Virus genome (UHGV): UHGV-0138245
Direction: 5' to 3' (one strand)
DNA length: 23,155 nucleotides
Origin: a virus
A program made the position numbers and the translations under genes. Shown one piece after another: positions 8,522-17,778 of this stretch (within the stretch, counting starts at the first letter, position 1; each line of letters begins with the position of its first letter). A model generated the notes under the pieces. That model searched no databases, had not been told where the DNA came from, and saw only the letters and a program-made list of their open reading frames with translations.

Positions 8522-9355
8522 TCAGCAATTGGTCAGAGTGTCAGCGGGGGCGTTACCGCCTGTTGCACGCTGGCGGTAGTCCTGGCGGCTGTCTTCATGA
8601 CTCAGCTTGTCCACCAGTTCGTTAAAGGCGGTCTGCTGTGCCTGCAGGGCAGTCTCCAGCTCAGACAGGCGTTCTTCCTGCTCAGACAGGGATTTTTCGG
8701 TGCGTGCGCTCAGGTTCTGCTGCTCAGTGGCGACCAGCTCCACGGCCTTATGCACATCAGAGAACCGGGCGTCATCGGACTGCTCTTTTTTGGTAAACAG
8801 CGCCGTGACGCGGGCAAACAGGGACGGTTTGTCGTCCTGGACTTCTTCCAGTTCGATCACCGTTTCCTCTGCAGCGGTAAAAAGATTGGCGGGATTCTGC
8901 TTGCGGTTTGCCAGCGGGTTATGGGCTGCACTGGCGCTGAATGTCAGCATTTCCGTACCCAGACTGGCGGGATCATCAGTGGCAGCCAGGCCGACCAGAT
9001 AGGCTTTGCCCGTATCAGCGAACTTCGGGCTGACTTCCATAGAGGTGAATAATTTCTGGCCTTTTTTCACCAGTTCCACCAGGGACTCCGTTGGCTCAAC
9101 GTCGGCATACAGCGCCATCTTGCCTGCCAGCGGACCTTCCGTGATTTCTTCAGCAAACAGCGCCGTCACCTTGCCGTAGCGGTTAAAGGTGCTGTCCGGC
9201 AGATAAGACTTGATGTGCTCAAGGTTAATCAGCGCGGTATACACCGCCGGGTTGTAGCTGGCTGCCATCTGTTCCAGCCATTCACGCTGGATTTCGCGTC
9301 CGTCGGTGGTGGCACCTTCCACCCCGATGCGAAAACGCTTTGCTTTCACTGTCAT
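8522..9355 (-). CDS. Capsid scaffold protein (P2 gpO-like)
   Basis: 277-aa ORF, first gene of the leftward late operon, divergent from the terminase; Shine-Dalgarno GGAGCA upstream. Confidence 0.85.
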   Translation of the reverse strand: MTVKAKRFRIGVEGATTDGREIQREWLEQMAASYNPAVYTALINLEHIKSYLPDSTFNRYGKVTALFAEEITEGPLAGKMALYADVEPTESLVELVKKGQKLFTSMEVSPKFADTGKAYLVGLAATDDPASLGTEMLTFSASAAHNPLANRKQNPANLFTAAEETVIELEEVQDDKPSLFARVTALFTKKEQSDDARFSDVHKAVELVATEQQNLSARTEKSLSEQEERLSELETALQAQQTAFNELVDKLSHEDSRQDYRQRATGGNAPADTLTNC

Positions 9356-9433
9356 GAGCCGTGCTCCGTTAGAAAAAACTTACTGGAGCCTTATGGTTGC
9401 GGTGATAGGGGCAGTGAAACAATGCGCGGTATT

Positions 9434-9451
9434 TGTACCGACAACCACACA
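9434..9451 (+). promoter_or_regulatory. Late-promoter activator site (TGT-N12-ACA) upstream of terminase P
   Basis: TGTACCGACAACCACACA lies 46 bp before the P start codon, the same spacing as the V site; it is in the divergent O/P intergenic region. Confidence 0.5.
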
Positions 9452-9497
9452 AACCGCAGGCGGGGAAAGCATTCATTCAAGGCTGTAGGTTTGTGCC

Positions 9498-11264
9498 ATG
9501 AACACCACACTGACACCCGCAGATCTCGATCCCCGTCGGCAGGCCATGCTGCTGTACTTTCAGGGATACCGCGTCGCCCGCATTGCTGAAATGCTGGGCG
9601 AGAAAGTTGCAACCGTTCACAGCTGGAAAAAACGCGACAAGTGGGGTGACTATGGGCCGCTGGATCAGATGCAGCTCACCACCGCCGCACGCTACTGCCA
9701 GCTCATTATGAAGGAGCACAAAGAAGGGAAAGATTTCAAAGAGATTGACCTGCTGGCGCGCCAGTCGGAGCGCCACGCGCGGATCGGCAAGTTTAACAAT
9801 GGCGGCAACGAAGCCGACTTAAACCCTAACGTCGCCAACCGCAACAAAGGCCCACGCCGTCAGCCGGAAAAGAATGTTTTCACCGATGAGCAGATTGAGA
9901 AGCTGGAAGAAATCTTCCATTCCTCCATGTTCAACTACCAGCGCCACTGGTGGGAAGCCGGAAAAACCAACCGCATCCGCAACCTGCTGAAGTCACGCCA
10001 GATCGGCGCGACCTTTTACTTTGCCCGTGAAGCCCTGATTGACGCTCTGCTTACCGGACGTAACCAGATTTTCCTTTCTGCCAGTAAGGCACAGGCCCAC
10101 GTCTTCAAACAGTACATCATCGACTTTGCCAAAGAAGTGGAGGTGGAGCTGAAAGGCGATCCGATGGTGCTTCCCAACGGGGCCACACTGTATTTCCTCG
10201 GAACCAATGCCCGCACGGCCCAGAGTTACCACGGCAACCTGTATCTGGATGAATATTTCTGGATACCGAAATTCCAGGAGCTGCGCAAAGTGGCTTCCGG
10301 TATGGCTATTCACAAAAAATGGCGACAAACCTATTTTTCCACGCCATCCAGCCTGACCCACAGTGCTTATCCGTTCTGGTCCGGTGCGCTGTTCAACCGT
10401 GGACGCAACAAAGCTGACAAGGTGGACATCGACCTGTCCCACAGCAATCTGGCCCCCGGCCTGCTGTGCGCAGACGGGCAATACCGCCAGATAGTCACCG
10501 TGGAAGATGCGGTGCGCGGCGGCTGTAACCTGTTCGACCTCGACCAGCTACGCATGGAGTACAGCCCGGACGAATACCAGAACCTGCTGATGTGCGAGTT
10601 CGTGGACGATCTCGCGTCCGTGTTCCCGCTCAGCGAACTGCAGGCGTGCATGGTGGACAGTTGGGAAGTCTGGACCGACTTTCATGCACTGGCCCTGCGC
10701 CCGTTTGGCTGGCGCGAGGTGTGGATCGGTTATGACCCGGCAAAAGGTACGCAGAACGGCGACAGCGCCGGATGCGTGGTGGTGGCACCGCCAGCCGTGC
10801 CAGGCGGTAAGTTTCGCATTCTTGAGCGTCACCAGTGGCGCGGGATGGACTTCCGCGCCCAGGCGGACGCCATCAAAAAACTGACCGAACAGTACAACGT
10901 GACCTATATCGGCATCGACTCGACAGGTGTCGGTCACGGGGTTTACGAGAACGTGAAAGCGTTTTTTCCAGCCGTCCGGGAGTTTGTCTACAACCCCAAC
11001 GTTAAAAACGCCCTGGTACTCAAGGCCTACGACATTATCAGCCACCGCCGTCTGGAGTTTGACGCCGGACACACCGACATAGCGCAGTCATTTATGGCAA
11101 TCCGTCGCGCCACCACCGCCAGCGGCAACCGCCCGACCTATGAAGCCAGCCGCAGCGAAGAAGCCAGCCACGCCGATCTGGCCTGGGCAACGATGCACGC
11201 TCTGTTTAACGAACCGCTGCAGGGCGAGTCCGCCAATACAAGCAATATTGTGGAGATTTTTTGA
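9498..11264 (+). CDS. Terminase large (ATPase/nuclease) subunit (P2 gpP-like)
   Basis: 588-aa ORF with the P2-type terminase ATPase core (KSRQIGATFYFAREALIDALLTGRNQIFL, LYLDEYFWIP, YFSTPS) and a C-terminal nuclease region. Confidence 0.9.
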   Translation: MNTTLTPADLDPRRQAMLLYFQGYRVARIAEMLGEKVATVHSWKKRDKWGDYGPLDQMQLTTAARYCQLIMKEHKEGKDFKEIDLLARQSERHARIGKFNNGGNEADLNPNVANRNKGPRRQPEKNVFTDEQIEKLEEIFHSSMFNYQRHWWEAGKTNRIRNLLKSRQIGATFYFAREALIDALLTGRNQIFLSASKAQAHVFKQYIIDFAKEVEVELKGDPMVLPNGATLYFLGTNARTAQSYHGNLYLDEYFWIPKFQELRKVASGMAIHKKWRQTYFSTPSSLTHSAYPFWSGALFNRGRNKADKVDIDLSHSNLAPGLLCADGQYRQIVTVEDAVRGGCNLFDLDQLRMEYSPDEYQNLLMCEFVDDLASVFPLSELQACMVDSWEVWTDFHALALRPFGWREVWIGYDPAKGTQNGDSAGCVVVAPPAVPGGKFRILERHQWRGMDFRAQADAIKKLTEQYNVTYIGIDSTGVGHGVYENVKAFFPAVREFVYNPNVKNALVLKAYDIISHRRLEFDAGHTDIAQSFMAIRRATTASGNRPTYEASRSEEASHADLAWATMHALFNEPLQGESANTSNIVEIF

Positions 11265-11971
11265 TGCCCCCAATCCCAACTAACCTCATGACTATCGCGG
11301 GACTTCCGGTGGATAGCTCTTTCTTTGCTTACCAGTATGAGTGGAACACTGGCCCAAAGAGTAGAAACCGTGTACTCACAAAAATGCGCCAGGCAGGCGC
11401 GGATTTCTTTTTTTCCTATGAAGCCCTGAACGATGCACTGCATACCGGGCGTAACCAGATTTTCCTCTGCTGCAGCACAGCATCTGCGCAGGCAATCAAA
11501 GCCTATGTGTCAGCATTCTTAAGCCAGGCCGCAGCTTATACGCACACTGGAAAAATAAAATCAGGCAAAAGTCATCTGGAGCTTCCGAATGGTGCGGTCA
11601 TTTATTTTTTCGACCTCAAGTGCCACGCCACCGCACTCAGTGGAAATGTCTACGTGTCAGAGTATGCCTGGTCTGAATCACCGAGAAATATGATTGCCCT
11701 GGCTAAAGGGATTTCTATGCACGCACGCCACCACGCCACCTACTACACCACTCCCAGCCCTAACCCGGAGGCATGGCAGGAATTTAAAAAGTTAAGCAAA
11801 AACAACAGTGTAACCAGCATGGTGTTTACCGCTGATGACGCAGCAGCATCAGGAGCAATGTTGTTTACTGATAACTGGCTGAACGATATGAAAAAAGAAT
11901 TATCAGCAGAGGACTGGAAAATGCTGTTTATGTGCGAATGGCCTCTCGCAAACGAGGAGCTGGCAGAATGA
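11264..11971 (+). CDS. Terminase-ATPase-domain paralog (truncated terminase-like protein, function unknown)
   Basis: 235-aa ORF whose ATG overlaps the P stop (TGATG) and whose stop overlaps the Q start (ATGA). It aligns to the central ATPase core of the adjacent terminase (HTGRNQIFLCCS, ELPNGAVIYF, VYVSEYAW, YYTTPS, MLFMCEW) but lacks the N-terminal ~130 aa and the nuclease domain. Confidence 0.75.
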   Translation: MPPIPTNLMTIAGLPVDSSFFAYQYEWNTGPKSRNRVLTKMRQAGADFFFSYEALNDALHTGRNQIFLCCSTASAQAIKAYVSAFLSQAAAYTHTGKIKSGKSHLELPNGAVIYFFDLKCHATALSGNVYVSEYAWSESPRNMIALAKGISMHARHHATYYTTPSPNPEAWQEFKKLSKNNSVTSMVFTADDAAASGAMLFTDNWLNDMKKELSAEDWKMLFMCEWPLANEELAE

Positions 11972-13017
11972 GCAAACGTAAAAACACCAAGCAGGTAACA
12001 GTTGATCACAACACAAAACCAGGCAACAGCCCAACGGCTGAGGCTTTCAGCTTTGGTGATCCCATTCCTGTACTGGACCGCCGCGAGCTGCTGGACTATG
12101 TGGAATGCGTACAAATGGATCGCTGGTATGAGCCGCCCGTCAGCTTTGACGGACTGGCGCGTACCTTCCGCGCCGCCGTGCACCACAGCTCCCCGATCAG
12201 TGTTAAGCGTGACATTATCAGCAGTACCTATATTCCACATCGCCTTCTCAGCCAGCAGGCATTTACCCGTTTTGTGCAGGACTATCTGGTTTTTGGTAAC
12301 GCCTACCTGGAGAAGCGCACGAACCGTTTCGGTGAAGTTATTTCGCTGGAGCCTGCACTGGCAAAATACACCCGGCGCGGGCTTGACCTTGAAACATACT
12401 GGTTTGTGCAATACAGCCTGACAACACAGCCGTATCAGTTCACAAAAGGTAACGTCTTCCACCTGATGGAGCCGGATATCAACCAGGAGATTTATGGTCT
12501 GCCGGGTTACCTTTCTGCCATTCCGTCAGCTCTGCTCAACGAGTCCGCCACGTTGTTCCGTCGTAAGTATTACATTAACGGCAGCCATGCAGGCTTCATC
12601 ATGTACATGACCGACGCCGCGCAGAACCAGGAGGATGTGAACAACATCCGCAAGGCAATGAAAAGTGCTAAAGGACCCGGCAACTTTCGCAACCTGTTTA
12701 TGTACTCGCCTAACGGCAAAAAAGATGGCATTCAGATTATCCCGTTGTCGGAAGTTGCGGCGAAGGATGAATTTCTGAACATCAAGAACGTCAGCCGCGA
12801 TGACATGATGGCGGCTCATCGCGTACCACCACAAATGATGGGCATCATTCCCAACAACACTGGCGGCTTTGGTGATGTGGAAAAAGCGAGCCGTGTCTTC
12901 GTTCGCAATGAACTGATGCCACTGCAAAAGCGACTGCAGGAGCTGAACGACTGGCTGGGTGAAGAAGTGATCCGTTTCGAAGCCTATGACTTAGGACTTA
13001 AGGGCAAACGAGGCTGA
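11968..13017 (+). CDS. Portal protein (P2 gpQ-like)
   Basis: Track ORF 11932..13017; the ATG at 11968 (MSKRKNTKQ...) gives 349 aa, close to P2 gpQ, and lies downstream of the terminase as in the P2 P-Q operon. Confidence 0.9.
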   Translation: MSKRKNTKQVTVDHNTKPGNSPTAEAFSFGDPIPVLDRRELLDYVECVQMDRWYEPPVSFDGLARTFRAAVHHSSPISVKRDIISSTYIPHRLLSQQAFTRFVQDYLVFGNAYLEKRTNRFGEVISLEPALAKYTRRGLDLETYWFVQYSLTTQPYQFTKGNVFHLMEPDINQEIYGLPGYLSAIPSALLNESATLFRRKYYINGSHAGFIMYMTDAAQNQEDVNNIRKAMKSAKGPGNFRNLFMYSPNGKKDGIQIIPLSEVAAKDEFLNIKNVSRDDMMAAHRVPPQMMGIIPNNTGGFGDVEKASRVFVRNELMPLQKRLQELNDWLGEEVIRFEAYDLGLKGKRG

Positions 13018-13054
13018 CATACTCATAACATCAATAACTGACCAACTCTCACAA

Positions 13055-13088
13055 CGCCTCAGCAGCATTCTGCGGGGCGTTTCTTTTT
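13055..13088 (+). terminator. Intrinsic terminator after the portal gene
   Basis: GC-rich hairpin CGCCTCAGCAG/CTGCGGGGCG (one bulge) followed by TTTCTTTTT. Confidence 0.55.
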
Positions 13089-13177
13089 GCCCTTACATCT
13101 CTCCCCCAACACCAAATGAGGCCGCCAGCGGGCCAAAGGCTGCGCCGGATTTTAGCCATTTCCCCCCGTTGCGCGCG

Positions 13178-13196
13178 CTCGTATCCCCGCCACGCC
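13178..13196 (-). other. Candidate cos (cohesive-end) site
   Basis: Reverse strand reads GGCGTGGCGGGGA..., matching the first 13 nt of the P2/186 19-nt cos as I remember it, about 160 bp past the portal stop (P2 cos is about 140 bp past Q). The cos sequence is recalled, not looked up. Confidence 0.4.
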
Positions 13197-13239
13197 TGCA
13201 CGCTTTATGTAGTGGTTTTCATGCACCTGCATGATCTAC

Positions 13240-13265
13240 GCAAAAGCCCGCCAGTTCTGGCGGGC
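13240..13265 (-). terminator. Intrinsic terminator downstream of the SOS operon
   Basis: Perfect 9-bp stem GCCCGCCAG/CTGGCGGGC followed on the - strand by a short T-run (TTTTG). Confidence 0.5.
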
Positions 13266-13400
13266 CTTAGCAAAAACGATCCTCAAACGATCATGCGATC
13301 TCATGCGGCATAGACATGCACTACAGAGCTAACGCCTCGCAAGGGCTCGTTGTTCAACCTTGCTGACGCCAGAAACAAGTTCAGACGCCAGCAACGTTTC

Positions 13401-13634
13401 TTAATGCAGCCAGCTGTCGTCTTCCCACACCTTCTGCATAATTTTCATCACTTGTTTTCTTTCTTCGTCCAGTTGCAGTCCGGTCAGTTCCACACCGTTA
13501 GAGCTACCTTTGCGGATACGAATTACCGTTTTGGGATACAGGGGGCGCAGATTGCGGTAAAGCTCGGATTCAAGGGCGTCCAGTGTAGACTGGCTAATCT
13601 TCTGCTCTTTATCGATCATTATTTCAATGCGCAT
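13401..13634 (-). CDS. dinI: DinI-family protein
   Basis: Internal ATG with AGGTGA Shine-Dalgarno; MRIEIMIDKEQKIS...LDALESELYRNLRPLYP...KQVMKIMQKVWEDDSW parallels E. coli DinI (MRIEVTIAK...WESADDW). Confidence 0.75.
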   Translation of the reverse strand: MRIEIMIDKEQKISQSTLDALESELYRNLRPLYPKTVIRIRKGSSNGVELTGLQLDEERKQVMKIMQKVWEDDSWLH

Positions 13635-13644
13635 AAAAGTCACC

Positions 13645-13833
13645 TCAGCTGATGACATCCATTGAGCGGTTGTATTCGTGGGTTCTGATTTTTGCCATGA
13701 GTTCATCTGTCAGTTCAGAAACCCACTGCAGGGCCAGCCCCTTCTCTTCATCACTACACTCACTAGCCGCTACAAGCTTAAGAAAAAAATCAATGCGCTG
13801 GAGCTTCAAAGACTCCAAAAAATAGTCCTGCAT
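13645..13833 (-). CDS. Small SOS-operon protein (possible Tum-like antirepressor N-terminal module)
   Basis: 62-aa ORF with GGAGGAAAG Shine-Dalgarno, directly downstream of a LexA box and overlapping the extended DinI frame. Function inferred from position only. Confidence 0.45.
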   Translation of the reverse strand: MQDYFLESLKLQRIDFFLKLVAASECSDEEKGLALQWVSELTDELMAKIRTHEYNRSMDVIS

Positions 13834-13873
13834 CTTTCCTCCTATGACACCAAAGCAATACTGTATACATAAC

Positions 13874-13893
13874 CACTGTTTATATTTACAGTA
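13874..13893 (-). promoter_or_regulatory. LexA (SOS) box and promoter for the small-ORF/DinI operon
   Basis: CACTGTTTATATTTACAGTA fits CTGT-N8-ACAG; a second half-site (TACTGTATACAT) lies at 13859..13870, just upstream of the operon RBS. Confidence 0.7.
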
Positions 13894-13985
13894 TATAATA
13901 ATCTTACTGATGTAAAACGTTTTTTTACGCTCATCAGCCTGATATGCCTGGTATTATTAAGAGCACGAATTGTTAACCCGCGTAA

Positions 13986-16400
13986 TTAATACAGGTTTCG
14001 CCACTTATCATCTTCCTGCAAACGCTGGTTCCGATAGAAGATACGCAGGCCTGCTCCTGACGGAATACTGCCACCGCGAAGGAGTAAATCTACCTCTTTC
14101 TCGCTGCCATCAAATCCTCTGGACTTCAGTTCATAGACGAGCTGCTGTCGTTGATGGTCTGTAATTCGCTGTTTGTAGTTTCTACGCCGTTTCGGTTTCA
14201 CCAGGCGTAACCTTGCAGCCAGTTCCCGGCGCTCTTTTTTGTTCATACTGTGCAGAAAATCGTGCAACTCCTTGTCATCCATGCGGGTAACATCCGTTCT
14301 GGTGTCCCCATCAGCTGATTTATCTTTCTCCTGTTGGTTCAAATTTTCAGCAAGGGGACAGTTATTGCCACGAGTCCAAGGGGCGCAAGCGCCCTGGTCG
14401 GCTGCCGCCTCCTGAACGTCAACGGCCTTACGAACCATTTTCCACTTCACTGCATGAGTACAGATCTTGCCCTCTGCAATGGGTGACCAGATGCCATAAA
14501 TACGAATGCCGTGATCGCCATAGGCGGTCGGCTCTTCGTTGATTTCATAAGCGGTTCTGATCAGGTGATATTTGCGGGGAACCAGTACGCCGCCCTGCTT
14601 CATGATGTAGGTGGCAAAACAACCAGCATCAGCAGCAGCCAGGATTGCATCAAGGCGCGGGTTATCCAGTACCGGCGCACCTGCTTTTTTGTCCCCCTGT
14701 TGCCTTGCCGCCTGACCAGCCAGCAATCGCAGTTCACGGTAAGCCTGACGCCCCGGAATGCCAAAGAAGCGGAATTGCTGAACACGATGCAGAGACGCCC
14801 AGGCATTAACGTATTCAGCATTATCACGCAGGGATTTCCCCGTTTCCTTGCTGATCTCGCCAGCCAGACCACGCCCGTCAATGTTCTTACTGATGTATTT
14901 CGCGATGTAGCTTGTTGGCGTACCTTTGCGCGGGTTAATCAACTCAGACTTAAAGCGCGGCCCAGTGTTATTGCCCAGCTCCTCGCGGTCTTCACGGATG
15001 GCAAACTTACGCAGTAATGCAGTGATGGCGCGGCGGTCTTTTTTGCGCATAAAACACAACAGGTGCCAGTGAACTGTACCGTCATGATGCGGCTCAGCCA
15101 CCCGCACGCCATACCAGCGCAATCCGGCTTTGTGCATCGCCTTACGAAATGCAGCAAACATGCCGACCAGGTAATCACTACTTTGTCTTACCGTCGCATT
15201 TGTCCAGGTTGGGTTGGGCCTGCCGTTATTTAGCGTGGAATGGAAACGTGACGGACAGGTGATGGTGTAGAAAACGGCGCAGTCACCGCGCATTTCCGCG
15301 ATAAGCTCCAGACCTTTAACACAGGCCATCATCTCATTGCGGCGATGCGCAGGGTTGCTGCTGCTGGCGTTTACCACATCCTCCATGTCCAGCGTGTCGC
15401 CGTCTTCGTTCACCAGTTCATGAGAACGGAAAAACTCCAGCGACTTACGGCGCTGCTCACGTTTATGCATCACGGCTTCATAGCTGACATAAGGAGATGC
15501 TTTTTTGCTGACCAGGCAGACAGCGCGCAACTGCTCTTCCCGCCATTCGCAACGCATCTTCCATAATTTCCGGTACCACCAGTCGGCGCACAACATACGC
15601 GCCAGCGAACCCGGAATGAGTTCATAGGGCACGGGTTTACGGCGGTTTCTTTTCCGACGGAGTTGCTCAAACGCAGGCGGGATAACATCCAGACGCAGGG
15701 TTTCCGCTGCCACCTTTTCCCATGTCTTGCGGATTTCTTCTGGCTTAACGTCATCGGTGGCATACAAATCACCACAAGCTGCATCAAGGCACATGCTCAT
15801 ATGCGCAGCGACAAGGGTAGACAGGCGCTTCACCTGATCCTGACTCATTTCAGGCAGGATAAGCAGGCCATCCAGCCCTTCATGGCTTGCCATAAAGCGA
15901 AAAGAAGCGGATAGCTGACTGTCGCGTACATGCTCCAGTCGTTCCAGACATGGCTTAATCGTCTCACGCAAATAGCGGGAATAAGCCTTTGGCCTGCCCA
16001 GGCTGCTGAAGTATTCAATACGTTGCATCAGCGGCTTGCTGATATGGGAAGGCTGGGCATTGACGTCCGCCAGAATGACCATATCTGGATTAAAACGCTG
16101 CTGCTCATGCGCCAGCTTTGCCCGACTAATGAGCTTATCCTGCTCCATTTCGCGCTGGACAGGATCACGGGATTCATTAAAGAAATAACGCTCCCAGACC
16201 TGATCACTCAGTACCTCGCGGCGCAGGTGTTCCTGCTCGTTATCGGCAGCGTACAGAGCGATCAGGTTTGAAAGCGTAGAAACCGGCGCAACTTCCGCCG
16301 GGTCCAGATAAGGGTTAATGGCCTTTTTCGGGCTGTTCCATGAGAACGATGCGGCAGCTTCGTTAAAGCCGCAGCAGTTGTTCATATCGGCATGACTCAT
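13986..16400 (-). CDS. A: Replication initiation protein (P2/186 gpA-like rolling-circle endonuclease)
   Basis: 804-aa ORF with HUH-type motif ([10 protein letters not shown]) and a paired-tyrosine motif (YIAKYISKN); start overlaps the dam stop (ATGA). Confidence 0.85.
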   Translation of the reverse strand: MSHADMNNCCGFNEAAASFSWNSPKKAINPYLDPAEVAPVSTLSNLIALYAADNEQEHLRREVLSDQVWERYFFNESRDPVQREMEQDKLISRAKLAHEQQRFNPDMVILADVNAQPSHISKPLMQRIEYFSSLGRPKAYSRYLRETIKPCLERLEHVRDSQLSASFRFMASHEGLDGLLILPEMSQDQVKRLSTLVAAHMSMCLDAACGDLYATDDVKPEEIRKTWEKVAAETLRLDVIPPAFEQLRRKRNRRKPVPYELIPGSLARMLCADWWYRKLWKMRCEWREEQLRAVCLVSKKASPYVSYEAVMHKREQRRKSLEFFRSHELVNEDGDTLDMEDVVNASSSNPAHRRNEMMACVKGLELIAEMRGDCAVFYTITCPSRFHSTLNNGRPNPTWTNATVRQSSDYLVGMFAAFRKAMHKAGLRWYGVRVAEPHHDGTVHWHLLCFMRKKDRRAITALLRKFAIREDREELGNNTGPRFKSELINPRKGTPTSYIAKYISKNIDGRGLAGEISKETGKSLRDNAEYVNAWASLHRVQQFRFFGIPGRQAYRELRLLAGQAARQQGDKKAGAPVLDNPRLDAILAAADAGCFATYIMKQGGVLVPRKYHLIRTAYEINEEPTAYGDHGIRIYGIWSPIAEGKICTHAVKWKMVRKAVDVQEAAADQGACAPWTRGNNCPLAENLNQQEKDKSADGDTRTDVTRMDDKELHDFLHSMNKKERRELAARLRLVKPKRRRNYKQRITDHQRQQLVYELKSRGFDGSEKEVDLLLRGGSIPSGAGLRIFYRNQRLQEDDKWRNLY

Positions 16401-17254
16401 GCACGTACTCCGTACACGGCAGAACTATCCACGCCACGCGAATAATCAAATCCCACCCAGCAGCGCGGCCCGGAAACAGCAATGATTTCTGTTGCTGATT
16501 TACCCTCGCCAGCTGCCACACCGATGCTGCGTTTTGCCTTGATGTAGTGGTGAGTAAAATTGCGATACAGCGAACGGATCAGGGATGTGTCACTGTTAGA
16601 AACAATGACCGGATGTCCTTCTGATGACCGATGTTCAAGAACGGATGCCAGGTGATACTGGTCATCTTCAGTGAAGCCGTCAGTGTGATAACCGGAAAAC
16701 GTGCCGTCATACGGCGGATCGCAATACACCACATCCCCCGCCTTCAACATCGCCAGCGTTTCATCAAAGCTGGCGCAGATAAACGTTGCCCGCTGGGCTT
16801 TTTCTGCAAATGCGCGAATTTCTTTTTCTGGGAAATACGGATTTTTATAATTACCGTAGGGAATGTTGAAATGCCCGCTCTTGTTATAGCGACATAAACC
16901 ACGGCAACCGTGACGATTGAGATACAGGAAATATACCGCTTTCATGAAATCAGTAATTTCATTTGAGTAATTAAACTCCTGCCTTATGTTGTAATAAGCC
17001 ACCTCCCTGTTTGCTTCCTTAAATAAAACTCTGGCGCGAGATATAAACGATTCACAATCAGCGGCAACCTTTTTATAGAGGTTGATTAAATCAGGATTAA
17101 TATCCGCAACCAGATAGCTTGGATAATCCGTCTCCATCATCACAGCACAGGAACCCGCGAAAGGTTCAACCAGTCGCGGGCCAGCAGGAAGGTGTTTTTT
17201 CAGTTCAGACATAATTGCGGTTTTATTCCCCGCCCATTTCAGGATGGTGCTCAT
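16397..17254 (-). CDS. dam: DNA adenine (N6) methyltransferase, Dam family
   Basis: First ATG ([11 protein letters not shown]...) has a GGAGGTG Shine-Dalgarno; contains FAGS-type SAM-binding motif (EPFAGSCAV) and the catalytic DPPY motif (YCDPPYDG). Confidence 0.85.
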   Translation of the reverse strand: MSTILKWAGNKTAIMSELKKHLPAGPRLVEPFAGSCAVMMETDYPSYLVADINPDLINLYKKVAADCESFISRARVLFKEANREVAYYNIRQEFNYSNEITDFMKAVYFLYLNRHGCRGLCRYNKSGHFNIPYGNYKNPYFPEKEIRAFAEKAQRATFICASFDETLAMLKAGDVVYCDPPYDGTFSGYHTDGFTEDDQYHLASVLEHRSSEGHPVIVSNSDTSLIRSLYRNFTHHYIKAKRSIGVAAGEGKSATEIIAVSGPRCWVGFDYSRGVDSSAVYGVRA

Positions 17255-17478
17255 ACAGCACCTCCGTTGTAATGTTTGCCTTTCAGTTCTGCGATTTCCT
17301 GACAGGTAATGCAAAGCTGCACACCCGGAATGGCACGGCGGCGTGCTGGCGGAATTGGCGCTTCACACTCAACGCAAAGCACGCGGGACACGCCCGGCGT
17401 TTTGGCACGGGCAGCACGGATATGACGTTGGCGTTCTTCTTCAACTCGCTGCTGTACGAGATCCATTGCATCAGCCAT
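17251..17478 (-). CDS. TraR/DksA-family C4 zinc-finger protein
   Basis: 75 aa with CVEC-x18-CITC; a similar small zinc-finger ORF sits upstream of A in P2. Confidence 0.7.
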   Translation of the reverse strand: MADAMDLVQQRVEEERQRHIRAARAKTPGVSRVLCVECEAPIPPARRRAIPGVQLCITCQEIAELKGKHYNGGAV

Positions 17479-17711
17479 CAGTGGATCTCCTGCGCTTCGT
17501 TCTGGATTGCTTCAGCAGTCACACGCAGCAGTTCTGCCGCTTCGACGTGGTTTAGCTGGCGGGATGTGATATGACACGCCAGGCTATCAAGGCGAACTGC
17601 CATTGCTTCAGCCCTTGCCCGGCGTTCTTCCAGACGAGCCTCTGTCAGTAAAATATTAAGCCCTGCATCATCCGGTCCGGTTTTAGTCGTGAGGGTTTCA
17701 ATATTACGCAT
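17478..17711 (-). CDS. Hypothetical early-operon protein
   Basis: ATG at 17711 with AGGAG Shine-Dalgarno; 77 aa; stop overlaps the next gene start. Confidence 0.5.
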   Translation of the reverse strand: MRNIETLTTKTGPDDAGLNILLTEARLEERRARAEAMAVRLDSLACHITSRQLNHVEAAELLRVTAEAIQNEAQEIH

Positions 17712-17778
17712 AATCAATTCTCCTGAATTTAGATAAAGGGATGCCCGGCGGGTTTACGCCATTAATTTCATTAGTTGG

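Noticed and set aside
9459-9472. cos-like 14-mer GGCGGGGAAAGCAT just upstream of the terminase gene
   Set aside because: It matches the 3' part of the remembered cos sequence, but cos in P2-type genomes lies beyond the portal gene, not in the O/P promoter region.
9993-11072. - strand ORFs (162 and 174 aa) inside the terminase gene
   Set aside because: Embedded antisense in the conserved terminase frame; typical shadow ORFs in GC-rich DNA.
11743-12462. 239-aa - strand ORF spanning the terminase paralog / portal junction
   Set aside because: Antisense to two tightly coupled + strand genes with clear homology; no independent support.
13116-13652. + strand ORFs (65 and 100 aa) in the cos / DinI region
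   Set aside because: One overlaps the cos candidate and terminator hairpin, the other is antisense to the DinI-like gene; neither has a convincing ribosome-binding site.
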